Assembly: GCA_029210695.1 (NCBI GenBank) | Contig: JARGFH010000018.1 | Location: 1 to 62,820, forward strand | DNA length: 62,820 nucleotides | Reading direction: 5' to 3' | Origin: Acidimicrobiia bacterium | Lineage (GTDB): Bacteria; Actinomycetota; Acidimicrobiia; Spongiisociales; JAHEDJ01 | Shown here: piece by piece, positions 39,148 through 48,340 of the stretch | Layout: every line of letters begins with the position of its first letter | Numbering within the stretch: the first letter of the stretch is position 1 | Made by a program: the position numbers and the translations under genes | The notes under the pieces: model-generated | What the model saw: the letters and a program-made list of their open reading frames with translations, nothing else | The model's database searches: none | What the model was told of the DNA's origin: nothing

Positions 39148-39175
39148 CAAGAACCCTGCATCCGGGTGCCGATGA
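39148..39175 (+). promoter_or_regulatory. Candidate sigma-28 promoter (autoregulatory) upstream of the fliA/whiG-like gene
   Basis: CAAG-N16-GCCGATGA versus consensus TAAA-N15-GCCGATAA. Confidence 0.6.
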
Positions 39176-39238
39176 CTAGAAAGTAGCTACAACAAAGAAC
39201 TAGTTACACACCAGGGACAACCGGACAAGGACAAGATC

Positions 39239-40075
39239 ATGGCCTATTCGGACCGGAATCAGCTTGCCACCGATCACCTCGAGCTCGTGGGTCACATCGT
39301 CGCAGAAGTATCGGTTCGCTATCCGCGTCACGTCGATCGCAACGAGTTGTGGAACGCCGGGGCACTCGGCCTTGTCGAAGCCTCCCGACGATTCAATGAG
39401 GATGCCGGCATTCCGTTTGCCCGATACGCCGCTATCCGGATTCGCGGAGCCATCATCGATTCCACCCGGACGCGCGACTGGGCGACGCGGTCGGTGCGGC
39501 GCAACCTCCGTGAGATCCAGCAGGCGACCTCGGATTTCGAAGAGCACACCGGCCGCCGCCCCAGCGACGATGACCTGGCCACGACGCTCGGCATCACCAC
39601 CATGGAGCTCTCCGCCCAGAAAGCCCAGGAGGGCCACAGCACCCTCCTGCATCTCGATCAGGAAGATTCCGATGAGTCGCCCTTGCGGGATCAGGTCGCC
39701 GAGCAGCGCTCACAGGCTCTCCCGGAGCAGGCGCTCGAGCAACGTGAGCTGTTCGGTACCCTCAAGACGGCAATCGAGCTTCTTCCATCGACGCAAGCAG
39801 AGGTTGTCACTCGCTACTACCTGCAGGGAGAATCCCTTCAGGACATTGCAGACGATCTGAAGGTCACCGAGGCCAGGGTTTCACAGATCCGGGCCGAGGC
39901 GCTGGCTGCCATCCGGGCATACTTTTCGACTCTCTACGAGGGTCTTCCGGAAGTTGCGGCCGCGACACCCGGCAGGCGGGCGCGAGCGTCATACCTGTCG
40001 GTCATGTCGGAGAACACCACGTGGCGCACACGCCTGGATGGCGGTCGCCGCCCGGATAACACGCTCGCAGTCTGA
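39239..40075 (+). CDS. FliA/WhiG-family (sigma-28) RNA polymerase sigma factor
   Basis: G.LGLVEA..F......F..YA..RIRGAIID..R..DW..RSVR region 2; region 4 VTEARVSQIR; actinobacterial-type C-terminal extension. Confidence 0.9.
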   Translation: MAYSDRNQLATDHLELVGHIVAEVSVRYPRHVDRNELWNAGALGLVEASRRFNEDAGIPFARYAAIRIRGAIIDSTRTRDWATRSVRRNLREIQQATSDFEEHTGRRPSDDDLATTLGITTMELSAQKAQEGHSTLLHLDQEDSDESPLRDQVAEQRSQALPEQALEQRELFGTLKTAIELLPSTQAEVVTRYYLQGESLQDIADDLKVTEARVSQIRAEALAAIRAYFSTLYEGLPEVAAATPGRRARASYLSVMSENTTWRTRLDGGRRPDNTLAV

Positions 40076-40172
40076 GGCAAAAGCTTCCGTTTCGCTCCAC
40101 GCAGATGACGGCCCCGGCTCGTGGCACCTGCCAAATCCCCCGACGATCAGCCGAATCTGATCTGGTGATCAG

Positions 40173-41645
40173 TTACGTATGGTCCGAGCCTTTCGTCGTC
40201 CGCAGATCGTCCGCAGTGAGATCGATCACCGCAGGCCGGGTGGACTCGACCGAAGGAGTGAAGCCGCGGCGATCCAGGCTTCCCCACGTGTGGTCGCCGC
40301 GCAACGCCGAGACTATGCCCTTGATGCGCCACCACGTTGACAGCTGCCGGTATCCGAAATTCTCGATCAGCGCCACCACGATCATTCGCCCCAAGTCGGC
40401 CGGTCTCGTGTACCGGCGAAACGACAACTCCTCCAGGGCCACCGCTGCTACCGACAGCGCAACGCCGGCAGCCACCGCCAGCGCTAGGAAAGCCAGCACA
40501 TATTGCAGAGGGGCATTTCCGGTGACCGCAGCCCACAGGAAGAACGCAAATCCGACGGCTTCGATGATCGGCCCGATGACTTCAAAGATCGTGTAGTAGG
40601 TGAATCCGATCAGACCGGGCGGACCGTAGCGCGGGTTGCCGAACATCCGCCGGTGGCGCCAGAGGGTCTGCACCAGACCCCGCTGCCACCGGTCACGCTG
40701 CCGGCCGAGGCTCTTGAGGTCTTCCGGGGCTTCCGTCCAGGCAACCGGGTCCGGCACGAAGTTGATCCGGTACTTGATCTCTTTCTCCCGGCAATATCGA
40801 TGCAGGCGGACGACGAGTTCCATGTCTTCTCCGACTGTGTCGGTGGAGAACCCGCCGACCTGCGCAACGATCGCCCGCTTGAACACACCGAATGCCCCGG
40901 AGATGATGAGGGTCGATCGCAGCACATCCCAGCCGACCCGGGTGGCGAGGAAGGCACGGAGGTATTCGATGACCTGAAAGCGGGCTACCAAGTTCGTCGG
41001 TAGCAACACCTGGCGAACGATGCCACCCTCGACGATGCAGCCGTTGGCGATGCGAACGATTCCTCCCGCCGCGATTGTCGTCCGGTCCTCGAGAAACGGG
41101 CGAACGAGGCGGGGCAGTGCCTCCGGTTCGAGCAGCGTGTCGGCGTCCATCGCGCAGAACAATGGAGTCCGGGCGTGGTTGAGGCCGGCGTTCAGGCTGT
41201 CGGCCTTGCCCCCGTTTTCTTTGTCGATTACCCACAGGTTCGGATGGCGGCCCGCCCGGTATACCGCCCGCACCGGAGCAGTTGAGAGCGACGAACTCGG
41301 GGTGCGTTCCGCCGTTTCCAGCTCGAAGGCCTCTATCAGGTGATCGAGTGTGCGGTCCGTTGAGCCGTCGTTCACGACGATGATCTCGTAGTCCGAATAC
41401 TGCAGGGTGAGTAGTGATCGGACCGACTCGACGATGCCGGCGACCTCATTGAACGCTGGCATGACCAGGGTGATCGGCATTCCCCCGGCTGCGTTGACGA
41501 GATCGCTGATGTGGAGTGACTCGAGGCGCCCGACGTATTTCTTGAGATGGAGGAAGGCCAGAATGCTCGTGGTCATGTAGATGACATTGAGAGCCAGGAA
41601 ATAGGCGAGGATCACTACGCTGACGACGGTGATCGCAGTGGTCAT
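40173..41645 (-). CDS. Processive GT2 polysaccharide synthase (PgaC/IcaA-like)
   Basis: NDGSTD, GGKADSLN, DAD, GEDM, QRDRW; N- and C-terminal TMs. Confidence 0.92.
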   Translation of the reverse strand: MTTAITVVSVVILAYFLALNVIYMTTSILAFLHLKKYVGRLESLHISDLVNAAGGMPITLVMPAFNEVAGIVESVRSLLTLQYSDYEIIVVNDGSTDRTLDHLIEAFELETAERTPSSSLSTAPVRAVYRAGRHPNLWVIDKENGGKADSLNAGLNHARTPLFCAMDADTLLEPEALPRLVRPFLEDRTTIAAGGIVRIANGCIVEGGIVRQVLLPTNLVARFQVIEYLRAFLATRVGWDVLRSTLIISGAFGVFKRAIVAQVGGFSTDTVGEDMELVVRLHRYCREKEIKYRINFVPDPVAWTEAPEDLKSLGRQRDRWQRGLVQTLWRHRRMFGNPRYGPPGLIGFTYYTIFEVIGPIIEAVGFAFFLWAAVTGNAPLQYVLAFLALAVAAGVALSVAAVALEELSFRRYTRPADLGRMIVVALIENFGYRQLSTWWRIKGIVSALRGDHTWGSLDRRGFTPSVESTRPAVIDLTADDLRTTKGSDHT

Positions 41646-42709
41646 GCGACCTTCTCCATGATCGCTTCTCGGGCCAGCGCCGCCATTGGGTGGCCGCTTT
41701 CCACCATGGCCTCGAGCCGCGCCGCGCCACCCGCCTCCACCATGGCTTGGGCCGAGTTGATGGCGACCCAGGGTTCGGGGTCTGCCATTCCTCGCTCGAG
41801 CAGCTCGAGGTCGACCGCTTCGCCGACGGTCCCCAGCACCCGCAAGGCCAGGGCTCGCAGCACGAAGTCCCTGCTGGTCGCGCAGCTCCTGGCGATCGGC
41901 AGGTGCTCCGGTCCGCCCACCGCTCTGAGCAGACGTAGTGAAGCCGCTGCGAGTTCCCGGTCGGGAGTTCCGTTGAGGATCCCGGCTGCAACGTCGGCGG
42001 CGGCGGGGTCGGTGAGGAGGCTGAGGGCGTCTGCGGCAACGGCCCGATCGAGGGGGTCACGGTTGCTCCGCAGGTACGACCGGAGTGCCGGAGCCACCTC
42101 GGACCCCATGGAGGCCAGCATGCTGGAGAGGAAGCGGCTGTTCCACCTGGCATAGCGGTGGAGATTGAAGAGGACGTCGTCGATGTACGCCGGCTGGCGC
42201 GATGCTGAGAGCGTCCGTGCCGCCACCATCGAAACGAGCGCTGAGGGATCATCGAGTGCCCCGGCGACTATCGGGCCGTATTGCGCCATACCGAGGGTCG
42301 CCAGCGTTTGCACGGCGAAGGCGCGCCGCTCAGGGTTCCGGGCCTTGAGGTCTCTCACGATCATCGGCAGGTGTGGTGTGGCGAGGTCGACGACCACCCG
42401 GCGGTCGCCGCCGGACAGGAGGCGGGCATAGCGGACGAGGAACTTCAGGAAGTGTCTCCTCGAGCGCGATGTGACGGTGGCGTGAAGCCGGGAGGCGGGG
42501 ATGGATCCGTCGATGACGTCGAGGAGCAAGGGCTCCCAGCTCGCCTCGTAGGAGTTGTAGCGGCGAGCACGAAGCACGTTGCGGATCCGCATTGAGAAGG
42601 CCACTCCGGCCAGATACAAGACGACTGCGACGATGGCGAGCGTCGACCAGAGCACGACGGTGATCAATGAACCCGTCGCCCACGCTGGAGAGGTTCCGCC
42701 GGACCACAT
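41642..42709 (-). CDS. Membrane-anchored HEAT-repeat protein
   Basis: N-terminal TM; repeats such as RRAFAVQTLATLG, ALDDPSALV, LRALALRVLG, MADPEPWV; ATGA overlap with GT2. Confidence 0.82.
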   Translation of the reverse strand: MWSGGTSPAWATGSLITVVLWSTLAIVAVVLYLAGVAFSMRIRNVLRARRYNSYEASWEPLLLDVIDGSIPASRLHATVTSRSRRHFLKFLVRYARLLSGGDRRVVVDLATPHLPMIVRDLKARNPERRAFAVQTLATLGMAQYGPIVAGALDDPSALVSMVAARTLSASRQPAYIDDVLFNLHRYARWNSRFLSSMLASMGSEVAPALRSYLRSNRDPLDRAVAADALSLLTDPAAADVAAGILNGTPDRELAAASLRLLRAVGGPEHLPIARSCATSRDFVLRALALRVLGTVGEAVDLELLERGMADPEPWVAINSAQAMVEAGGAARLEAMVESGHPMAALAREAIMEKVA

Positions 42710-42721
42710 GACGGTCGGCGG

Positions 42722-43549
42722 CTACTTCGCCAGCAGACGCTGGACCCGGAGGGCGAGCTCTGTCGGCGAGAACGGCTTCAGGATGTAGTCATCGGCTCCG
42801 CCGGACAGTGCGCGTACAACGTCCTGTTCGGCGCCCATCCCGGTGAGCATTACCACGGGAGTTGAGGCCAAATTCGGGTCTTCCTTGAATCGGCCAAGGA
42901 GTTCGAAACCGTCCATTCGTGGCATCTTCACGTCGAATATCGCCAGGGCATAGGGTTGGGGACCGGCTGCCTGAGCAGCTTCGAGCGCGCTCTGGCCATC
43001 CGGATGATGCACGACCACATAGCCCTCCCGTTGAAGGCGATGGATGATCAGCCGGTCGGTGAGGGTGTCGTCTTCGGCGAGAAGGATCGTGCGCCGGTCA
43101 CCGGTTGCTTCAGTTTGGATCTGCACTCTGTCACCTCCTTTCGCCTGTGCATCCGATCGAAGCAGTCTTGCAGTATCGAGGGTCAGTTGGCGGTCATCGT
43201 TCCTGGTGTCGGCGGCGAGACCCGCGGAGAAGCTGACCATCACGTCCGGGATATCTGCCCGGTTCCTGACCCGAAGGCGCGCCGTTTCCAGGAAACCGGC
43301 TGCTTCAGTCCGGTCGAGGTCGGGGAAAACGCAGACGATTTCGTCACCTACGCCGGGGAAACGTGTGGCCGGGGGTTCGAGGTGGGCGGCCAGCAATTCG
43401 TCCACCAGTTGCGCGGCAGTTTCTGTGTCGACCGGGGTCGCCGAGCCTTCCGAGGGGAACGCTTCGGGCATGATCGACGCTACCGTCATCAGCTGCCGCT
43501 TCGATGAGTGCGGGCGCGGCGGCTCGGTGCGGGCGCGGTCGTCGATCAC
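42722..43549 (-). CDS. Degenerate GGDEF-like domain plus C-terminal receiver (REC) domain
   Basis: GVGDEI...SFSAGLA...AQAKGGDRV; REC: AEDD, FDVKMP, MLTG, DDYILKPF. Confidence 0.8.
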   Translation of the reverse strand: MIDDRARTEPPRPHSSKRQLMTVASIMPEAFPSEGSATPVDTETAAQLVDELLAAHLEPPATRFPGVGDEIVCVFPDLDRTEAAGFLETARLRVRNRADIPDVMVSFSAGLAADTRNDDRQLTLDTARLLRSDAQAKGGDRVQIQTEATGDRRTILLAEDDTLTDRLIIHRLQREGYVVVHHPDGQSALEAAQAAGPQPYALAIFDVKMPRMDGFELLGRFKEDPNLASTPVVMLTGMGAEQDVVRALSGGADDYILKPFSPTELALRVQRLLAK

Positions 43550-43658
43550 GGGGCCGCCTCGCGCCCGATCGGGCCCGGAGTGCCCCTTCTGTTGGGGCTG
43601 ATCCGTTCAGTCGTGTGCGTGCGCATGATCGAGTCCGTCCGGTTGCGGTTGTGGACTC

Positions 43659-43685
43659 CTGTCGGCCGATCCCGCCGATAGCTTA
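43659..43685 (-). promoter_or_regulatory. Candidate sigma-28 promoter of the REC-HEAT-GT2 operon
   Basis: Minus strand TAAG-N15-GCCGACAG, consensus spacing. Confidence 0.6.
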
Positions 43686-43723
43686 TGGCTTATGGAGAAG
43701 AGGCGTTGGCCCGCGCCAAACGG

Positions 43724-44725
43724 CTAACCGGCCGATCGCCCCGCAGCCACCCGGTTGATGAGGTAGCCCCCGAGCGAGTTCAGGACGTCTTTCGCAGGTG
43801 AATCTGCCAGGTCGGCGATGGCGTTCCCGGCGACCTCTATCCGGCGGGACGCTTCATCGAGAGCGCTCTCCACGTATCCGCCTGCCCGCACGAGGTCAAT
43901 GACCTCCGAAACAGATTCCTGGGGATAAGGCCGGGGGCGGGCCAGCATCTCGCCGATCCGGCTTCCATCTGGACCTTGTAGCGCCGAGAGCACTGGCAGA
44001 GTGAACTTGCCCTCCGAAATGTCGGATCCGGCCGGCTTGCCGAGAAAATCGTCGGTGGCAACGAGATCCAGTGCGTCGTCACTGATCTGGAAAACGATGC
44101 CCAGCTCCCAGGCCCATCGGCTGAGGCGTTCCACATCGTCGGGAGACGCGTCCGCGGCCATGGCGCCGAGCCGGGCAGATGTGCGGATCAGGCTTGCCGT
44201 CTTTCCCTCGATCACCCGGAAATACTCGTCCGTGCCGTGGTGGATGTCCCAGTCGAGTTGGAGTTCCAGGGTCTGGCCTTCGACCAGTTCGGCGTAGGTC
44301 CTGGCCAGGATCTCGACCGCCCGCTGCCCCAGTGTGGCGGCCGCCACCTCAGATGCCCGCGCCATCAAGAAGTCGCCGGCCAGGATGGCAACGGTGTTGC
44401 CCCAGTTGGTGTTTGCGGAGTCTGTGCCGCGACGTGTGGTCGCTTCATCGATGACGTCGTCGTGATAGAGGCTGCCGACGTGGATGAGTTCGACGGCGAC
44501 GGCCGCGTCGATTGAGCGCTGATCGTCGGCCGGGCCAAACTCCGCGGCGAGTTGGGCCAGGAGGGGGCGGAAGCGCTTGCCACCGGCGATGAGAAGGTGC
44601 TGAGCCGCTTTGGTGAGGAACGCGTCACCCGATTGCGATACCTCGAGCAATCGCGTCTCGACGCGTTCGAGCCGCTGCCACACCGACGGCAGTGGAACGA
44701 GATCTTCGAGGGTTGGAGCGTCCAT
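43724..44725 (-). CDS. Polyprenyl diphosphate synthase (HepT/GrcC-like)
   Basis: GGKRFRP, HDDVID...RRG, GQ, KTA, FQISDDALD. Confidence 0.93.
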   Translation of the reverse strand: MDAPTLEDLVPLPSVWQRLERVETRLLEVSQSGDAFLTKAAQHLLIAGGKRFRPLLAQLAAEFGPADDQRSIDAAVAVELIHVGSLYHDDVIDEATTRRGTDSANTNWGNTVAILAGDFLMARASEVAAATLGQRAVEILARTYAELVEGQTLELQLDWDIHHGTDEYFRVIEGKTASLIRTSARLGAMAADASPDDVERLSRWAWELGIVFQISDDALDLVATDDFLGKPAGSDISEGKFTLPVLSALQGPDGSRIGEMLARPRPYPQESVSEVIDLVRAGGYVESALDEASRRIEVAGNAIADLADSPAKDVLNSLGGYLINRVAAGRSAG

Positions 44726-44921
44726 GCACGACCTTCTCAGCGGGTGCGGGTGCATGGTAGTGCGCTGCCGGTTAACGAAGCAGAGCAGATCACGCAGGTC
44801 CTGGACGGTCCGGCCGACCGGGCTTATGCAGGCCCGTCGGGTTTGGCGGGTACCGGGGTTATACTCAACTGCGCGGCCGGCGATTGGCCCGCTGGGGAAT
44901 TTGGTAGGAGGCCGAGAGACC

Positions 44922-47417
44922 TTGTTCGAACGCTTTACTGATCGGGCCCGAAGAGTTGTGGTGCTTGCACAGGAGGAGGCGCGCCTCCTCAATCACAACT
45001 ACATCGGCACCGAGCACATCTTGCTTGGCCTCATCCATGAAGGTGAGGGCGTTGCGGCCCGCGCCCTGGAGAGTCTGGGCATCAACCTCGACTCCGTCCG
45101 CCAGCAGGTGGTCGAGATCATCGGGCAGGGTCAGCAGGCGCCGAGCGGGCACATTCCGTTCACGCCCCGCGCTAAGAAGGTTCTCGAGCTGAGTCTGCGC
45201 GAGGCGCTTCAACTCGGCCACAACTACATAGGTACAGAGCACATTCTGCTGGGACTCATCCGGGAGGGTGAGGGGGTTGCCGCTCAGGTTCTACAGAAAC
45301 TCGGCGCAGATCTCCCGAAGGTTCGTCAAACCGTCATTCAGCTGCTGTCCGGAGTTCAGGGCGATGATCAGCCGTCTGGCCCCTCATCCGCCAAGGGCCG
45401 GGCCGAGCAACCGACGGGTGGATCGACGATCCTCGATCAGTTCGGAAGGAATCTCACCCAGTCTGCTCGTGAGCAGAAGCTCGATCCCGTGATCGGCCGC
45501 CAGACCGAGATCGAGCGAGTCATGCAGATTCTGTCCAGGCGGACCAAAAACAACCCGGTCTTGGTGGGAGAGCCCGGAGTTGGCAAAACGGCCATCGTGG
45601 AAGGCCTCGCCCAGCGTATCGTCGCCGGCGATGTCCCGGATACCTTGACGAACAAGCAGCTCTACACGCTCGACCTGGGCTCGCTCGTGGCAGGCTCGCG
45701 CTATCGGGGTGACTTCGAAGAGCGTCTCAAGAAGGTGCTGAAGGAGATTCGGACCCGGGGCGACATCGTCCTGTTCATCGACGAGATTCACACCCTGGTT
45801 GGAGCGGGCGCCGCAGAAGGCGCCATCGACGCGGCGAGCATTCTGAAGCCGATGCTGGCTCGCGGCGAACTGCAGACCGTCGGCGCCACCACGCTCGAGG
45901 AGTACCGCAAGTACCTGGAGAAGGACTCTGCACTCGAGCGACGATTCCAGCCGGTTAAGGTCGAGGAACCAACGGTGGCCGATACCATTCAGATTCTGCA
46001 CGGCCTTCGGGATCGGTATGAAGCGCACCACAAGGTGCGATTCACCGACCAGGCGCTCGTGAATGCCGCCAACCTGGCGGATCGCTATCTCGCCGATCGG
46101 TTCCTCCCGGACAAAGCCATAGACCTCATCGACGAGGCCGGCAGCCGCATGCGAATCCAGCGAAAAGGCAGCATGCCTGAGCTCGAGGATCTCGACGATC
46201 GTATCTTCGAAGTGCGGTCTTCCAAGTTGGAGGCCGTCCAGTCGCAGCAGTACGAACGGGCTGCCCAGCTCCGCGATCAGGAACGGAGCCTCACTTCAGA
46301 TCGTATGGAACATGAGCGCGAAGCGAGCGAGTCCGGCATCCAATCAACCTGGGTGATCGACGAAGAAGAAATCGCCGAGGTGCTGGCGCAATGGACGGGT
46401 ATCCCGGTGCACCGTCTGACCGAGGAGGAAACCGCCCGGCTGGTCCGCATGGAAGACGAGCTCCACAAGCGAATCATTGGTCAGCACGACGCCATCGGCG
46501 CGGTGAGCCGGGCCATCCGCAGGACCCGGGCCGGGCTCAAGGATCCGAAGCGTCCGGCCGGGTCGTTCATCTTCCTCGGGCCATCCGGCGTCGGCAAGAC
46601 CGAGACTGCCAAAGCGCTGGCCGAGTTCCTGTTCGGTGATGAGGCCGCCCTCATCCAACTCGACATGTCGGAGTACATGGAGAAGCACACTGTGAGCCGG
46701 TTGGTCGGTTCGCCTCCCGGGTACGTTGGCTACGATGAAGGTGGGCAGCTCACCGAAGCGGTCCGGCGCAAGCCATTTTCTGTCGTGCTCTTCGACGAGA
46801 TCGAGAAAGCCCACCCGGATGTCTTCAACACACTGCTCCAGATTCTCGAGGACGGCCGGCTGACCGACGCCCAGGGTCGGACGGTCGACTTCAAGAACAC
46901 GGTCATCATCATGACCTCCAACCTGGGTACCTCCGAGCTGCGGAAGAAGGCGGTCGGGTTCCACAAGGGAAACGAAGAGGTCACATACGAGTACATGAAG
47001 GAGCGCGTGACCGAGGCGCTCAAGAAGAACTTCCGTCCGGAGTTCCTCAACCGCATCGACGAAGTGATCGTGTTCCACGAGCTTCGCAAGGATGAGGTCA
47101 AGGAGATCGTCGATCTCATGCTGGCGAGAGTCCATCAACAGTTGAAGTCACAGAGCCTTCAACTGGCGTTGTCGGATGCCGCCAAAGGTTTCCTCGCAGA
47201 CAAGGGATACGATCCGGAGCTTGGTGCCCGGCCGTTGCGCCGAGCCATACAGCGGCGCCTCGAAGATGCCCTGTCGGAACGGGTCCTGCTCGGCTCCTTC
47301 AAGGCCGGGACCACCATCGTCGTGGACGTCGACACCGAAACCGACGAGCTCACCTTTGAGGAAGTCGAAGCTCCCGATCAACCGCCTGTGGTGCTGGCCG
47401 AGTCACAAGACTCCTAA
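44922..47417 (+). CDS. clpC: ATP-dependent Clp protease ATP-binding subunit ClpC
   Basis: TTG start after [16 protein letters not shown], two N-domain repeats, [11 protein letters not shown]-like middle, GPSGVGKT. Confidence 0.97.
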   Translation: MFERFTDRARRVVVLAQEEARLLNHNYIGTEHILLGLIHEGEGVAARALESLGINLDSVRQQVVEIIGQGQQAPSGHIPFTPRAKKVLELSLREALQLGHNYIGTEHILLGLIREGEGVAAQVLQKLGADLPKVRQTVIQLLSGVQGDDQPSGPSSAKGRAEQPTGGSTILDQFGRNLTQSAREQKLDPVIGRQTEIERVMQILSRRTKNNPVLVGEPGVGKTAIVEGLAQRIVAGDVPDTLTNKQLYTLDLGSLVAGSRYRGDFEERLKKVLKEIRTRGDIVLFIDEIHTLVGAGAAEGAIDAASILKPMLARGELQTVGATTLEEYRKYLEKDSALERRFQPVKVEEPTVADTIQILHGLRDRYEAHHKVRFTDQALVNAANLADRYLADRFLPDKAIDLIDEAGSRMRIQRKGSMPELEDLDDRIFEVRSSKLEAVQSQQYERAAQLRDQERSLTSDRMEHEREASESGIQSTWVIDEEEIAEVLAQWTGIPVHRLTEEETARLVRMEDELHKRIIGQHDAIGAVSRAIRRTRAGLKDPKRPAGSFIFLGPSGVGKTETAKALAEFLFGDEAALIQLDMSEYMEKHTVSRLVGSPPGYVGYDEGGQLTEAVRRKPFSVVLFDEIEKAHPDVFNTLLQILEDGRLTDAQGRTVDFKNTVIIMTSNLGTSELRKKAVGFHKGNEEVTYEYMKERVTEALKKNFRPEFLNRIDEVIVFHELRKDEVKEIVDLMLARVHQQLKSQSLQLALSDAAKGFLADKGYDPELGARPLRRAIQRRLEDALSERVLLGSFKAGTTIVVDVDTETDELTFEEVEAPDQPPVVLAESQDS

Positions 47418-47418
47418 G

Positions 47419-47527
47419 AGGTTCTAGGTTCGAGGTTCTAGGTCAGTTGCCTGTCACCTTTCTTCGCCAATCGGTGCTTCCAGCACGAAAGTACCTAGAA
47501 CTCATGACCTAGTACCCGGAGACCCGG
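47419..47527. repeat. Heptamer repeat element with inverted arms
   Basis: AGGTTCT AGGTTCG AGGTTCT AGGTCAG (47419-47446) ... TACCTAG AACTCAT GACCTAG TACCCGG (47492-47519). Confidence 0.72.
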
Positions 47528-47590
47528 ATGCGCTCTTGGCTCCCAGCCTCAGAGGGCATGCGATCCGCTCTCGCTACACTCCCGAACCCT

Positions 47591-48268
47591 ATGACCGTTG
47601 CCTCGAGCGATCTGCGCCGCGCCTACCGGGTCCTCACGATTGTGGTGGCGGCCTACATCTCCGCCCAACTGCTGGCGGATATCGCCAGCCTCAGGATCGT
47701 GTCTGTGGCCGGGTTGTCCATGGACGGTGGAACGCTCATCTATCCGTTCACGTTCACGATTCGCGATCTGGTTCACAAGCTCGCCGGTAAACAGGTCGCC
47801 AGATTGCTCATCTTCCTGGCGGCGGGCATCAACCTCGTCATGGCGGGTGTGTTCCGGCTCGTGGCTGAGCTCCCGGCCGATCTCGAGGTCGGCACGCAGA
47901 CCGGGTTCGGTTCCGTACTGGCGCCGGTGTGGACGATCGTGGCCGCATCCATCATCGCCGAGGTCGTCGCGGAACTGATCGATACCGAGGTCTATCAGAG
48001 GTGGGCAGATCGGTTCGGGGAACGATGGCAATGGGGCCGGGTCCTCTCGTCAAATGGCATCGCCATTCCAATCGATTCTGCCCTGTTCGTGTGGCTCGCC
48101 TTCGGGGGGTGGCTGCCGGGATCAGAGGGTCTGGCGACTGGTGTGCTCCTGAGCATCTTCTGGGCGAACGTGCTCATCAAGGGAGCGGTCACCCTGGTTT
48201 CCATCCCCTGGATCTACCTCGTGAAACCTTCACCGCTCCCGCAGCCTCCAACCGGCGCAACGGCCTGA
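47591..48268 (+). CDS. VUT family (YhhQ-like, queuosine precursor transporter) protein
   Basis: GTLIYPFTF...D, IVAASIIA, R...SN...PIDSALF...AF, K pattern; about 6 TMs. Confidence 0.82.
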   Translation: MTVASSDLRRAYRVLTIVVAAYISAQLLADIASLRIVSVAGLSMDGGTLIYPFTFTIRDLVHKLAGKQVARLLIFLAAGINLVMAGVFRLVAELPADLEVGTQTGFGSVLAPVWTIVAASIIAEVVAELIDTEVYQRWADRFGERWQWGRVLSSNGIAIPIDSALFVWLAFGGWLPGSEGLATGVLLSIFWANVLIKGAVTLVSIPWIYLVKPSPLPQPPTGATA

Positions 48269-48340
48269 GGCGGCTTTCGGGAAGGTAGAATGGCAGAGGT
48301 GGGCATAGCTCTCACCATTCGTTAGGAAAGGACTCCCTTG

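Noticed and set aside
35695..43700. Islet as a prophage or transposon
   Set aside because: No integrase, transposase, phage genes or flanking direct repeats were recognised.
47417..47450. AGAGGTTCTAG resembling the 5' half of a preQ1-I riboswitch upstream of the VUT gene
   Set aside because: No complementary CCTCT strand or A-rich tail follows. The match is explained by the AGGTTCT heptamer array, and a TACACT -10 close to the VUT start would exclude this region from the transcript.
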